A DNA stretch of 64,000 bases from a virus, in the IMG/VR virus record IMGVR_UViG_3300042301_003932; one strand, written 5' to 3'. Below the pieces are notes generated by a model. It saw only the letters and a list, made by a program, of their open reading frames with translations, made no database searches and had not been told where the DNA came from. Positions 1 to 9,588 of the stretch are shown here, one piece after another (positions within the stretch are counted from its first letter, which is position 1; each line of letters starts with the position of its first letter). Made by a program: the position numbers and the translations under genes.

Positions 1-2057
1 TTACAAAATGCAGGACTGTCTGAACAATCATTATTATCGTCACCACCGGCAGAACAATTTTCTTCATTCGGTGTATTTGCCCAAAAATTATTAGAATTTA
101 AATCAGATAAAAATGATGAATTTTTTCTAGTATATATTTGATTATTTCTTACTGAAATAACAGTTAAATTACCGTTTGTTCCATCTCCAACTATTTCTTC
201 AACATTAAGTGATTGTGGATCACATGAACAAGCTTCACAGTCTGGATATGTCATGGAGGGCAATGTAATTCCTCTCAGATTTGATGTTGCGTTAATTAGT
301 GGGCTCACTTTTAAAATATAAAAAGCGGTAGCTAACCCAAAAATTAATGCAGTACCCGCACTCAAAATCATTAAACCAATAGCCGGAAATGCAGCAATTG
401 CAGCTAAAGTAAAGTTTACTGTTAAATAACCTAAAAATAATGGTACACCAATACTTAATGCCCATCTAGCAACTGGCCAAAATTTTGCAATTAAATGTAA
501 TAATGGTATTAACACAACCGCTAACAAAGAAAATAATGTTATTACAATGTTTGCTAAGAAAAATATTAAATCAAAATTTCTAACACCGTCATTTACAGGC
601 ATCCTATTTGTAGTTGTACTACATTCCCTATTTGTAATTTCTTTTATCCCTAAATGTCTTGACCTATTAAACCCCCACTTCCACCTATCAATAAAACTTG
701 AAACAGTATAAACTCTATTATAATTAAATTCAAAAAACTTGTCTTCACAGTTAATTGCGTCAGCAATCATTTTTTGACCAATCGTTGTTCCAGTATCACC
801 ATAATCAGTCCAATCTAAACTAAATGCATATGATTGTCTTTGTAATGTATCGTCCGCAGGTCCGTTTGCACTTATTGTTGAGTTCCAACCGTATTCTCTA
901 ATATTAGGAACCAAATAATCGGCTCTTTGTGTTGATGCCGCAAACCCTTCATTTTGGTATTGGATTTTAAATCTGTATTTTGCCTTTGTTGGAATACCCA
1001 CTTTAGGGTCATTTGATATTACTTGTTCACCAAATTCATTTGTTGTAATATAATCCAAATTCATCGGCATCTCAATTAACCAAGTACCGTCACTATCAAT
1101 AATATTTCCACCTTCAGGTAATTTATACTGTTCTAATATTGGATATCCTCCCGCATCGGTATATATTGTTTGTCTGATTGCTAAAATGGTACCAGGAGCC
1201 GTAACCAAATCACATAGATTTCCTGTGTCAAATTTTGGTTTACAATTAGTTTGTAATGCATCTTCGTCTGTTGTTGAAAACATTGATCCCATGAATATTG
1301 CTTGAGGTTCAATTTGAATTCCCAAATCCCTCAAATCAAAATCCACTCTTGTAATTCCAATATTACATAACTCATCATCTCCCCAAAACGAAGTTACTTC
1401 AACTTCTTTCTTTTCATTTACAATTTGTGGTAAAGAATCTAAATCAGGTGATGATTTAAATGAAGACCCCTCAAACTGACCTTCACTCCCCATACCCATT
1501 CTAATTAAATCAGAAGGCCTTAAAGAGAAACAACCAATGTTTGATACATCCATATCCATTACAACGATTTGTTGTCCTAATGGAACCCCAACAATCATAA
1601 AATCACCACTATCATTTGTTCTTACGGTGTATTTATAATATTTTTCATAAACTTCTAAAACTGTACTGTCACTTACAACATCTTCTCTATCAGGAAATGT
1701 GCCTGTTGGGTTGTGTCCTCCATATTCTTGAACATATGGTAATAAATTATATCTATATCCTTCTTCATTTTTGTCTGTTAAAGTTTTATATGGATATAAT
1801 GTTGAGATGACAGGATCTTCAGAGTCTTCTATAGAAAGAGGAACAAATACTGATACAGTAACGTTTGGTACCCCATACCCACCATTTGCAATAACTCTTC
1901 CGGCAACTACACCATAATCGGCACAAAATCTCGTATAAACGTCAGATTGTTTTAATTTTAATGATAATATTTCAATAAAATCAAAATCTTGATCTACTTT
2001 AATTCTTATGTTTTTATCTATACCTGGTGTGGTTCTTAATCTATAATTTTTAGACAT
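1..2057 (-). CDS. Large baseplate-associated virion protein, truncated at the window edge; N-terminal carboxypeptidase-regulatory-like beta domain and an internal hydrophobic region
   Basis: Missing from the ORF track because no stop lies in the window. Hand translation from ATG 2057 gives MSKNYRLRTTPGIDKNIRIKVDQDFDFIEILSLKLKQSDVYTRFCADYGVVAGRVIANGGYGVPNVTVSVFVP...TNDSGDFMIVGVPLGQQIVV. TATTTAT motif upstream; follows the gp6-like gene. Confidence 0.8.
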   Translation of the reverse strand, partial: MSKNYRLRTTPGIDKNIRIKVDQDFDFIEILSLKLKQSDVYTRFCADYGVVAGRVIANGGYGVPNVTVSVFVPLSIEDSEDPVISTLYPYKTLTDKNEEGYRYNLLPYVQEYGGHNPTGTFPDREDVVSDSTVLEVYEKYYKYTVRTNDSGDFMIVGVPLGQQIVVMDMDVSNIGCFSLRPSDLIRMGMGSEGQFEGSSFKSSPDLDSLPQIVNEKKEVEVTSFWGDDELCNIGITRVDFDLRDLGIQIEPQAIFMGSMFSTTDEDALQTNCKPKFDTGNLCDLVTAPGTILAIRQTIYTDAGGYPILEQYKLPEGGNIIDSDGTWLIEMPMNLDYITTNEFGEQVISNDPKVGIPTKAKYRFKIQYQNEGFAASTQRADYLVPNIREYGWNSTISANGPADDTLQRQSYAFSLDWTDYGDTGTTIGQKMIADAINCEDKFFEFNYNRVYTVSSFIDRWKWGFNRSRHLGIKEITNRECSTTTNRMPVNDGVRNFDLIFFLANIVITLFSLLAVVLIPLLHLIAKFWPVARWALSIGVPLFLGYLTVNFTLAAIAAFPAIGLMILSAGTALIFGLATAFYILKVSPLINATSNLRGITLPSMTYPDCEACSCDPQSLNVEEIVGDGTNGNLTVISVRNNQIYTRKNSSFLSDLNSNNFWANTPNEENCSAGGDDNNDCSDSPAFC

Positions 2058-2129
2058 AATGCTCTTTGTTGATAAATAGTTATGTTAGTTATTTTAAAAA
2101 TAACAAGAGTATTACCAAAATAAATAATC

Positions 2130-3968
2130 TTATATGAAGTCTACGGTTGATAAGTTTTTAACCCTGACTTTGATGTCTTTTTTAGGGAATCTAATTTGAT
2201 AAATTTGGTCGGGTTCAGCAAATATGGTATCATCAACTAATTCAATTTGTTTTGTTGTTGTATCAATATATCTTTGTGATGTTTCAGACGATGAGTATTG
2301 TCCCCCAACTTTATTATAAACCCTTATTTCCGCTAACGTGTTAACTCCTCCGATATCTTGAACTAACCTTCTTAAATCCGATACGTTTAGGTTTTGGCCA
2401 AGTTCTCTATTATTTGGATTCATATATGTGCTAACCTGATTTATTATTTGTGTTATTACTTCAGATTGTGATCCGGCGTTGTCCAATATTACTAAAAATT
2501 CTAATTCTAAATCAATAACTTTAGCAACCTCTATTGATATATAATCATTTATCATTCTATACTTTGATAGATAAGTTGCCAAATTGGTTTTCAGGTTATT
2601 GGAGACTGTCTGTGTTAAAACCCCAGTATTATCATAAGATAGTATTTTTATCAATATTTTATTATCTAATTCTGTGATGGATACTTTTGCAGGTGCTCCA
2701 AATTTTCCTGGCATTGTATCTATCAATGACTTATAATCATTAATGGTTACCGCTCTTTTTTGTGCAGCAAAATTAAAAGTCACCATGTTTCTTACTTCCT
2801 CTATTGAAGGTTGGTTTGAACCCCCAATTGCTGCAGTTATATTATTAACACTTAAAGATTGTGTAACACTCCTATTAATACTATCAGAAGGACCATTCAC
2901 ATAAAAATCAGCGGTTACTACTTGAGTAATAGCACCGACCCCAATATTAGATACTAAACCACCACCAACTCTATATTGAACAAAAATCGTTGTGTTTGGT
3001 TGAACGGTTAAACCTAACCCTATGTTGTTTTGATAATTTTGTAATTTGAGTGGAATACCTGTTTGTGTAAACTGTTGAAGTTGTTGATTTGGTGTTGTTG
3101 TTCCAGCCCCAAATTGTATTTTTAAAAACCCTTCCGGTGTGTATTCCGTAATAAATCTATTGTCGGTTTTAATATATTTACCAACTTTAACACCCGCAGA
3201 ATCAACAGGTTTTGTGTTGTCTTCAATAAATACAGTATCTTCAACCAATGCATCAACCTCATACCATCTACCATTAGAGGAGTTAAACTCGGAGTATGTT
3301 GGCGTGTTTTGATAAGAAGTTCCATCTTTTTGAATAATTGAAGTAACTCCTAACACGTTTTTTTCAGGTAGGAAAAAACTATAAAAAGGTACTACGTTAT
3401 TTGAATTTACGACTATTTTGAAAATTTTTGTAGATCCGTTAACAATTACTTCTCTTTTTGTTATAACATAATTAACTATGTTATTATTTTGATCAAATGT
3501 TGGTATTTTAGTTCTATTAACAAATCCTTCAATATTGTAATCTGAAGAAAAATCAATATCATAAAGATTTTCAAATATTGTTCCAGCCCCCGCAAATTGA
3601 GATCCTGCTCTTAATACCCCCAAATATGTGGTATTTTCTGAATCGCCCGCAGCTGGTACAGTTATAGATATGTCGGCTATTGTGACTGAAGGTCTGAAGC
3701 CAGGTATTTTGAGTCCATAAGTTCTAGCAATGTTAAAAACAGAAGATCTTTGTTGTGCATACTGTAATACAGTTTCTTGAATACTTCTATCTATATGGAA
3801 ATGTAAGTTGTCGGTCACCGCGGCATTTAAGTCCATCAAAACTGAAAAAACTGACGCGTCGTTAAAGTTCTGTATTAATTCAGGATAGTACTGTTGGGTG
3901 TAGTTTATTAACTCTCTTCTTATCCCTTCAAAATCTCTTTCGGTATATGATATTTTTCTGTTTGCCAT
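2130..3968 (-). CDS. Baseplate wedge subunit (T4 gp6-like / baseplate J family)
   Basis: N-terminal YTERDFEGIRRELINY...DNLHFHIDRSIQE...AQQRSSVFNIARTYG; later IQFGAG, YRVGGG and GGSNQPSIEEVR...QKRAVTINDY motifs; adjacent to the gp25-like gene. Confidence 0.88.
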   Translation of the reverse strand: MANRKISYTERDFEGIRRELINYTQQYYPELIQNFNDASVFSVLMDLNAAVTDNLHFHIDRSIQETVLQYAQQRSSVFNIARTYGLKIPGFRPSVTIADISITVPAAGDSENTTYLGVLRAGSQFAGAGTIFENLYDIDFSSDYNIEGFVNRTKIPTFDQNNNIVNYVITKREVIVNGSTKIFKIVVNSNNVVPFYSFFLPEKNVLGVTSIIQKDGTSYQNTPTYSEFNSSNGRWYEVDALVEDTVFIEDNTKPVDSAGVKVGKYIKTDNRFITEYTPEGFLKIQFGAGTTTPNQQLQQFTQTGIPLKLQNYQNNIGLGLTVQPNTTIFVQYRVGGGLVSNIGVGAITQVVTADFYVNGPSDSINRSVTQSLSVNNITAAIGGSNQPSIEEVRNMVTFNFAAQKRAVTINDYKSLIDTMPGKFGAPAKVSITELDNKILIKILSYDNTGVLTQTVSNNLKTNLATYLSKYRMINDYISIEVAKVIDLELEFLVILDNAGSQSEVITQIINQVSTYMNPNNRELGQNLNVSDLRRLVQDIGGVNTLAEIRVYNKVGGQYSSSETSQRYIDTTTKQIELVDDTIFAEPDQIYQIRFPKKDIKVRVKNLSTVDFI

Positions 3969-3974
3969 ATATAA

Positions 3975-4436
3975 TTAAATATTGATTATTACAAATTCTC
4001 TAGTTCCAAAGGCGTTTGAGTTGTCTATGTATTCTATTTTAACTTTCGCAGTGTATTCTTCTGTATTTGCACCTGGCACTCTATAAACAGGTATGTCAAA
4101 TTGTTCTGATGGTAATTCACCTAAAGAAGGTTCCGTATTTATATATGGTTCTATTGAAATGTTTTGTATTATTAGATTAGGTATGTATTTACTAACAGAA
4201 TCCTCAATCTCGGTTCTAATACTATCAAAAGTTAATCCATCTAATGGTTCAAAAATAAAATCATATAGTCTTGTTCCAAAATCCGGTAAAAAATAACGAC
4301 TTCCTTTTCTTGTTAATAACAAATGGATTAAGTTACTTCTTATTTCGTCGTTTGTTTCTTCAGATAATAATAAAAATTTACCATCAACACTTTGTCTAAA
4401 GGGAAATATAATACCATATGTAATACCATTAGCCAT
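3975..4436 (-). CDS. Baseplate wedge protein, gp25/GPW family
   Basis: IRSNLIHLLLTRKGSRYFLPDFGTRLYDFIFEP matches the gp25 signature. Confidence 0.92.
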   Translation of the reverse strand: MANGITYGIIFPFRQSVDGKFLLLSEETNDEIRSNLIHLLLTRKGSRYFLPDFGTRLYDFIFEPLDGLTFDSIRTEIEDSVSKYIPNLIIQNISIEPYINTEPSLGELPSEQFDIPVYRVPGANTEEYTAKVKIEYIDNSNAFGTREFVIINI

Positions 4437-4472
4437 ATCAAATAAATATAACCTGATATAATTTTATATAAA

Positions 4473-4503
4473 TAAAAAAAATCCCAACTTAATGTCGGGA
4501 TTC
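4473..4503 (-). terminator. Intrinsic terminator at the end of the RNR transcript
   Basis: Minus strand ATCCCGAC-ATTAA-GTTGGGAT followed by a T-run. Confidence 0.7.
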
Positions 4504-4713
4504 TTGTAAAACTTTATTTCCTCTTTCGTGTCTTGGTTCGTATGGACAATGTAAACATCCATTACCACAACATCTACCTCGTCTTTTGTGGTATTCTTCT
4601 GTCATGACCATTCTACCTTGACTATCATAATAAAATTCAGTTGGTTGGAGTTTTGGTCCAAACTCTCTAACGTATTGTTGTTGTATCCAATCTTTTGATG
4701 CTCCTACATTCAT
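4489..4713 (-). CDS. Small Cys-rich protein (DUF5522-like), likely metal-binding
   Basis: FYYDSQGRMVMTEEYHKRRGRCCGNGCLHCPY. Confidence 0.75.
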   Translation of the reverse strand: MNVGASKDWIQQQYVREFGPKLQPTEFYYDSQGRMVMTEEYHKRRGRCCGNGCLHCPYEPRHERGNKVLQESRH

Positions 4714-4714
4714 T

Positions 4715-4795
4715 TTAATTATTCTTTCTAAGATTATAAAACGCCAACATAACTTGGTATGTTAGCGTCATATCATTTCCCCATTGTGCTTTCAT
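4715..4795 (-). CDS. Putative 26-aa small ORF (MKAQWGNDMTLTYQVMLAFYNLRKNN)
   Basis: Fills the gap between the RNR stop (3 nt spacing) and the next ATG (1 nt spacing); contains a hairpin. Confidence 0.45.
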   Translation of the reverse strand: MKAQWGNDMTLTYQVMLAFYNLRKNN

Positions 4796-4798
4796 GAC

Positions 4799-6658
4799 TT
4801 ATACGATTTCACAAGCTCCACCCGCACACGCAGCTTCTCCTCGTAGGTCAGTGTTATCTTGTAACTCAATAACTTTTGTAAGATCAACATCTGTTAATGA
4901 TTTAACTAATCTTTCAAAGTCTTCTTTTGTACAATCTTCAAAAGGTGCTTGTGTGTATGTTCCTCCGTTGTATGGTAATACTGAAAGTCCATTATAGAAG
5001 TCTCTATTATTCCACATCCAATCACCAACTAATTCCCACTCATCTTCTTTAATTGAAACGGTTGCCGATACGTTGTGAGTATTTTGTCCGTTTCTATGTC
5101 CAGGTTTAATCCATTCTTGTGAAACTTTTTTAACTCTTTCTAACATTTGGAATACTGATTCGTGTCTAACAATTGATCCTTCAGGTGCTCTTTGTGGAAT
5201 AGTAATTACCGCGGTGTCATGTGGTCTAAAGTATTCGTCTTCAATCAATTCAGGGTGGTTAATTGCCAAGTATGAATAGATTGATTCATTTTTTCCTACA
5301 CGGATTCTTCTTAGGTAGTAGTCATTATGCCAAGCGTGAATACCTGATGATGTTCCTAATACTAAAGATGATGTTCCTGATGGTTTAACTGTTGTTGTTC
5401 TTGCAGATTTGTTAATTTTAATTAATGATGCAACTCTTTCGTTTTCTTCTTTAACAGCCTTAGCCGCCTTTTTCATATCATAACCCAATACAACACCTGA
5501 ACCGATACCCGTCATACCAACACCAATAAGTGCGTCTTTTTCGGTTGTTCTTTTCCAAATATCTCTTAGGTAATGGAAGTCTGTGTACCCTGCCTGTAAT
5601 GTTCCAATAAATGCTGCAGCTCTAACTCTTTTATCAAAGTCTTCTTGTGATTCAATATCGGAAGCGTTTACCTCACATAAGTTACAGAATTGGAATGGAC
5701 GAAGTGCGATTTCACAACATGGGTTAGTTCCCCAATCTTTATCGTTAGATAAATAGATTCCAGGTTCACCTGCTCCTGATAACTCAATACGTTTCCACAA
5801 ATCCATAAAGAATTCTTTTGTGATTTTGTGACGAAGAAGTACTGCCGAGTTATTTGCTCTACCTCTTTGTGCATTTTGTTCCCACCAACTTCCTGACTTA
5901 CAAGAAATCATTTCTTCATCATCAGCTGAAAATAATGAGATAAGTGCTGCTCTTCTAATACCTCCTGCTAATACTGCATCTGCAATATGACAAACAATAT
6001 CGTGAGTTTCAATTGGTGATAATCTTTCTCCATCTTTTTTGTTATCCAACACTTTTGTTATGTGGTGGATACAATCTTTAAGTGGTTGAGGTCCTGGCGC
6101 CTTACCTCCTGACGTTACAAGCATCGCACCTTTTTGTCTAATATCTGAAAAATCAAAGACAGGTGTTGATGATTTGTAACCTAAATATGATTCCATTAAC
6201 ACTTTAATGGCATCTGCCCATCCTTCAATAGAGTCACCGATTAGGTAACGTCTTGTTCTTTCAGGGTTTGGTTTTTTTATTTCTGGTAGTTTTTCAACAT
6301 GGTGTTTTTGAACTGAGTATCCAACTCCCGTTCCACCTAAAAGTAAAAACATCGTTTCAGAAAATGCGTCTACATGGTCAATTGGCATATATGCACAGTT
6401 GTAGACTCTGTTTGGTGAAATCTCAATTGGTTTACCACCGAATTGTAATGATCTCATTGATGGTAATACTTTCTTGTCGTATACCATTTTATATACCTCC
6501 TCTATCTCATCTTTGATGTGGGGGTACTTACGTTGATGCATTTCTTTGTTACGTGTTACCAACTCTTCCCAAGTCTCTCTCCTGTTCAATTCAGGTTGAA
6601 ACTTAGCGTATTTCATAAAGACAGTAATGTCACTTAATATTTTTTGCGAAATATCCAT
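4799..6658 (-). CDS. nrdJ: Class II (adenosylcobalamin-dependent) ribonucleotide reductase, monomeric RTPR type
   Basis: PSMRSLQFGG, YNCAY, GTGVG, GGIRRAA, active site TNPCCEI, TTVKPSGT and C-terminal CAGGAC redox pair; no NrdB nearby. Confidence 0.9.
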   Translation of the reverse strand: MDISQKILSDITVFMKYAKFQPELNRRETWEELVTRNKEMHQRKYPHIKDEIEEVYKMVYDKKVLPSMRSLQFGGKPIEISPNRVYNCAYMPIDHVDAFSETMFLLLGGTGVGYSVQKHHVEKLPEIKKPNPERTRRYLIGDSIEGWADAIKVLMESYLGYKSSTPVFDFSDIRQKGAMLVTSGGKAPGPQPLKDCIHHITKVLDNKKDGERLSPIETHDIVCHIADAVLAGGIRRAALISLFSADDEEMISCKSGSWWEQNAQRGRANNSAVLLRHKITKEFFMDLWKRIELSGAGEPGIYLSNDKDWGTNPCCEIALRPFQFCNLCEVNASDIESQEDFDKRVRAAAFIGTLQAGYTDFHYLRDIWKRTTEKDALIGVGMTGIGSGVVLGYDMKKAAKAVKEENERVASLIKINKSARTTTVKPSGTSSLVLGTSSGIHAWHNDYYLRRIRVGKNESIYSYLAINHPELIEDEYFRPHDTAVITIPQRAPEGSIVRHESVFQMLERVKKVSQEWIKPGHRNGQNTHNVSATVSIKEDEWELVGDWMWNNRDFYNGLSVLPYNGGTYTQAPFEDCTKEDFERLVKSLTDVDLTKVIELQDNTDLRGEAACAGGACEIV

Positions 6659-6682
6659 TTTATTTTAATTTAATAATTTATT

Positions 6683-8065
6683 TTAAGATTCTTGTTGTTC
6701 TTTTTGTTTTTTTCTTTCTAACAGTTCCTTAATTCTGTTCCTATTCTTTTCTTCTTTTTGTTCCTCGTGGCCAAGGAATGTAACACTTTGTTCAGTATCT
6801 ATATCTAACATACCGTTATCAAACTTACAATTTTCAAAGATAATTCCATCTTTACCAATTCTTGATTTGGTTATTGCGATGGTTGCTAAATTCATTTCTT
6901 TTTGTTGTAATGATTTTGCTACCGTAATAATAACGTGGCCAACTTGCGCTTTTTTAATTGATCCACCCATTTGATCTGTTGTTACAACCTCTGATGATAT
7001 TGAGTTTCTATTACCTTGAGTTGCTGTCCACCCTGCGATGTCTAATTCGTGACACATCGCTTCAAACCCTCTCATTACTGAACCTTCAGATTTCCATTCA
7101 TCACCTAAGTTCTTGTCCGGTACAACACAATCAATATAATCTAAAATAATCATATCAACTTTTGTTCCTTCGGCAATCATTTTTCTAACTTGATTTTTAA
7201 TCTGATTCATGGTTACAGTATCGGATGCCAACTTTTTCATAATCAACTTATTTTTTCTTGTTGTTTGAATCTGTTTAACTTTTTCCATTACCTCTCCCTT
7301 ATTTTCAGTTAAATCGTCAGGGTGAATTCCAGTCCAAAGTGTAATGTGTTTTCTTTGGATAATTTTTGGGTTGTCCTCAAAAAATATTTGAAGAACGTTG
7401 TAACCCAAATTAAATGCGTGGTTTGCAATCTTGGTTGTGAATGTTGATTTACCAACACCGGTAGGGGCTAAAATAACGCCAATTTCTCCTTTGGCTAATC
7501 CTCCTTTTAATAAATTATCAATACCGGGGACCCCAATAGGAATTGGGTGTCTGTAATCATCATCTAATACCTCGTCAAGGTTAAAAAACACATCTGTCGT
7601 ACCCTTATCCACTTCTCCAACTTGTAGTGCTCCCCTTACCATTTCTTCTAACTTATCGTAACTTTCAAAATCACCTTTGTCGATGATTGATTGCGCTTTT
7701 GTCATTACTTTTTGGAGCTCCTGTTGTTTACAGAATTTAAGGGACTTCTCTTGAACAAATATAGATCCTTCATCTGAAACGTTCTTAACCTGTTCTAATG
7801 TGTCTAAAATGCTCTTTTGAGCCATAGGTGAACTGATTTCAGATTTACTTAATTGTTCTATGGTGTCAAATGTAGGTGTATGCTCATATTTTGAATAATA
7901 TTCTTTGATCATTTGACAAATAATCTTGAAATATTGGTTATCAAAATAATGAGGATCAATAACTTCAATTATGGAATTAGAGAAATCTTTGTATGTAATT
8001 ATGTTATTTAGTAATTGAATTTGAAAAGTATTTCCTAAGTATCCGAAGTTCTTTTTGTCTGACAT
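6683..8065 (-). CDS. Replicative DNA helicase, DnaB/T4 gp41-like (SF4)
   Basis: Walker A APTGVGKS, Walker B IILDYID, WTATQGNR and KSR arginine finger. Confidence 0.9.
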   Translation of the reverse strand: MSDKKNFGYLGNTFQIQLLNNIITYKDFSNSIIEVIDPHYFDNQYFKIICQMIKEYYSKYEHTPTFDTIEQLSKSEISSPMAQKSILDTLEQVKNVSDEGSIFVQEKSLKFCKQQELQKVMTKAQSIIDKGDFESYDKLEEMVRGALQVGEVDKGTTDVFFNLDEVLDDDYRHPIPIGVPGIDNLLKGGLAKGEIGVILAPTGVGKSTFTTKIANHAFNLGYNVLQIFFEDNPKIIQRKHITLWTGIHPDDLTENKGEVMEKVKQIQTTRKNKLIMKKLASDTVTMNQIKNQVRKMIAEGTKVDMIILDYIDCVVPDKNLGDEWKSEGSVMRGFEAMCHELDIAGWTATQGNRNSISSEVVTTDQMGGSIKKAQVGHVIITVAKSLQQKEMNLATIAITKSRIGKDGIIFENCKFDNGMLDIDTEQSVTFLGHEEQKEEKNRNRIKELLERKKQKEQQES

Positions 8066-8103
8066 ATTTTATAAGTTTTGTTCCTTGTTTTAGATAAATA
8101 TAG

Positions 8104-8556
8104 TTAAGCGAACGAATAATTAAGGTACTGATAAGATAAATTTTTCTCTGATAAAATGTCAGTTAATTCTCTTAAAATGTTTTTTATGTCTGGGCGTATA
8201 TCCAGTGTATATCTCACCTTTGGTGGGTATAGTTTCGCATCAATAATTCTATGACAAATTGTCTTATTTCCGACCTTTAAGATTATGTTAAATATCTCAG
8301 GTCCATCTGTGTTTGATGTTTCTAAAACGCTTGGATCCTCTTCAATCTGGTATCTATTGTCTAACATATATACCATACACTTGTTTCTCAATTTTGTTTG
8401 AAGTGACTCAGATAGATACTTAATGTACTCATATAATTCAACTGAATTTTCAGCCTTTTCATGATAACCTTTTACATTAAAGAATCTTTGTACCACAAAA
8501 TTGTTGTTAAGTGTAATCAGAAACTCAACCTTTGTTACATCATTCTGCTCTTTCAT
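8104..8556 (-). CDS. Hypothetical protein in the replication operon
   Basis: 150-aa ORF packed tightly between the exonuclease and helicase genes. Confidence 0.75.
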   Translation of the reverse strand: MKEQNDVTKVEFLITLNNNFVVQRFFNVKGYHEKAENSVELYEYIKYLSESLQTKLRNKCMVYMLDNRYQIEEDPSVLETSNTDGPEIFNIILKVGNKTICHRIIDAKLYPPKVRYTLDIRPDIKNILRELTDILSEKNLSYQYLNYSFA

Positions 8557-8560
8557 AATT

Positions 8561-9568
8561 TTACTTTTTTGTTTTAAACTTTGTTTTTTCTTTTCTTGTT
8601 AACTTTAAAAATGGTTTTAAAAAATATACCCACTGATCGTCACCTTTCGGTAGGTATTTAAATAATCCGTCGTCCATCATCATCCGAATTAGATTCTTAT
8701 AACCTCTTCCGTCAGGATCCAATGACTCAGAGTAATAAGAGTGTACCAATTCTTTTCCTTCTTCACTAATTAGTGGTTCCGATAAATCCACAATCTTTTT
8801 ATTGATTTCAAAAAACTCGTCACCAAAAATACCTTCTTTTGTTTTACCCGTCAGTAAATTTTTAAGTGCGGTATTATCTTTTTGTTCTTTTAGAAGTTCT
8901 TCACCTCTCGTTAAAATATCGGTAAAAGAAACTTCTCTTTCAAGTAGCTCAGGAAATAATTTAACAATAGTCTTCTCACCTAAGTAATAGATTCCATCTA
9001 TATTATCCGATTTATCACCAGATATTATCTTGAATGTTTTTACGTTATAGTGTGGGATTTCTATTTCGTGTAGTTTAATCTTATCTCCGTTCTTATAATA
9101 CTTTTTGGTATTAGGTGAATAGATTGTAACATCTTCAGAGATAAGCTGTGTGAGGTCTCTATCTCCACTAAAAATGGTTTTATCTTCGTCTTTTGAAATT
9201 TTGCAATAATATGCGATGAGGTCATCGGCTTCAGAGTTTTCAAATTCAACTTGTCTAACAAACATTTCTTCCAAGTATTCTTTTACTCTTTGTTTTTGTT
9301 TGTTAAATGATTGTTCTTTAAAATCTTCTGTAACCCCTTTTCGGTTAAGTTTGTATTTTGGGTAGATTAACCTTCTTTGTGAAGTACTTGTTTCTCCATC
9401 CCAAAATACAACAACCTTGTTGAAGTTTTCGTCTTCTATGAACCTACGTAATGTGTTAAGGAAATGCCAAATACCTCCTACGTGTTCCGTACCGTTAAAG
9501 TAATCTTTAACTCCGTGAAATCCAATTTTTAATAAATTATTCCCGTCTACTAATAGGGTTTTTGTCAT
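8561..9568 (-). CDS. 5'-3' exonuclease / flap endonuclease (T4 RNase H, PolI 5'-nuclease family)
   Basis: LLVDGNN, VFWDG, YPKYKLNR, EADDLIA, SGDRDLTQL and GDKSDNIDGI..LGEKT (H3TH). Confidence 0.93.
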   Translation of the reverse strand: MTKTLLVDGNNLLKIGFHGVKDYFNGTEHVGGIWHFLNTLRRFIEDENFNKVVVFWDGETSTSQRRLIYPKYKLNRKGVTEDFKEQSFNKQKQRVKEYLEEMFVRQVEFENSEADDLIAYYCKISKDEDKTIFSGDRDLTQLISEDVTIYSPNTKKYYKNGDKIKLHEIEIPHYNVKTFKIISGDKSDNIDGIYYLGEKTIVKLFPELLEREVSFTDILTRGEELLKEQKDNTALKNLLTGKTKEGIFGDEFFEINKKIVDLSEPLISEEGKELVHSYYSESLDPDGRGYKNLIRMMMDDGLFKYLPKGDDQWVYFLKPFLKLTRKEKTKFKTKK

Positions 9569-9588
9569 TTCTGTAAATTACAGGGTTC

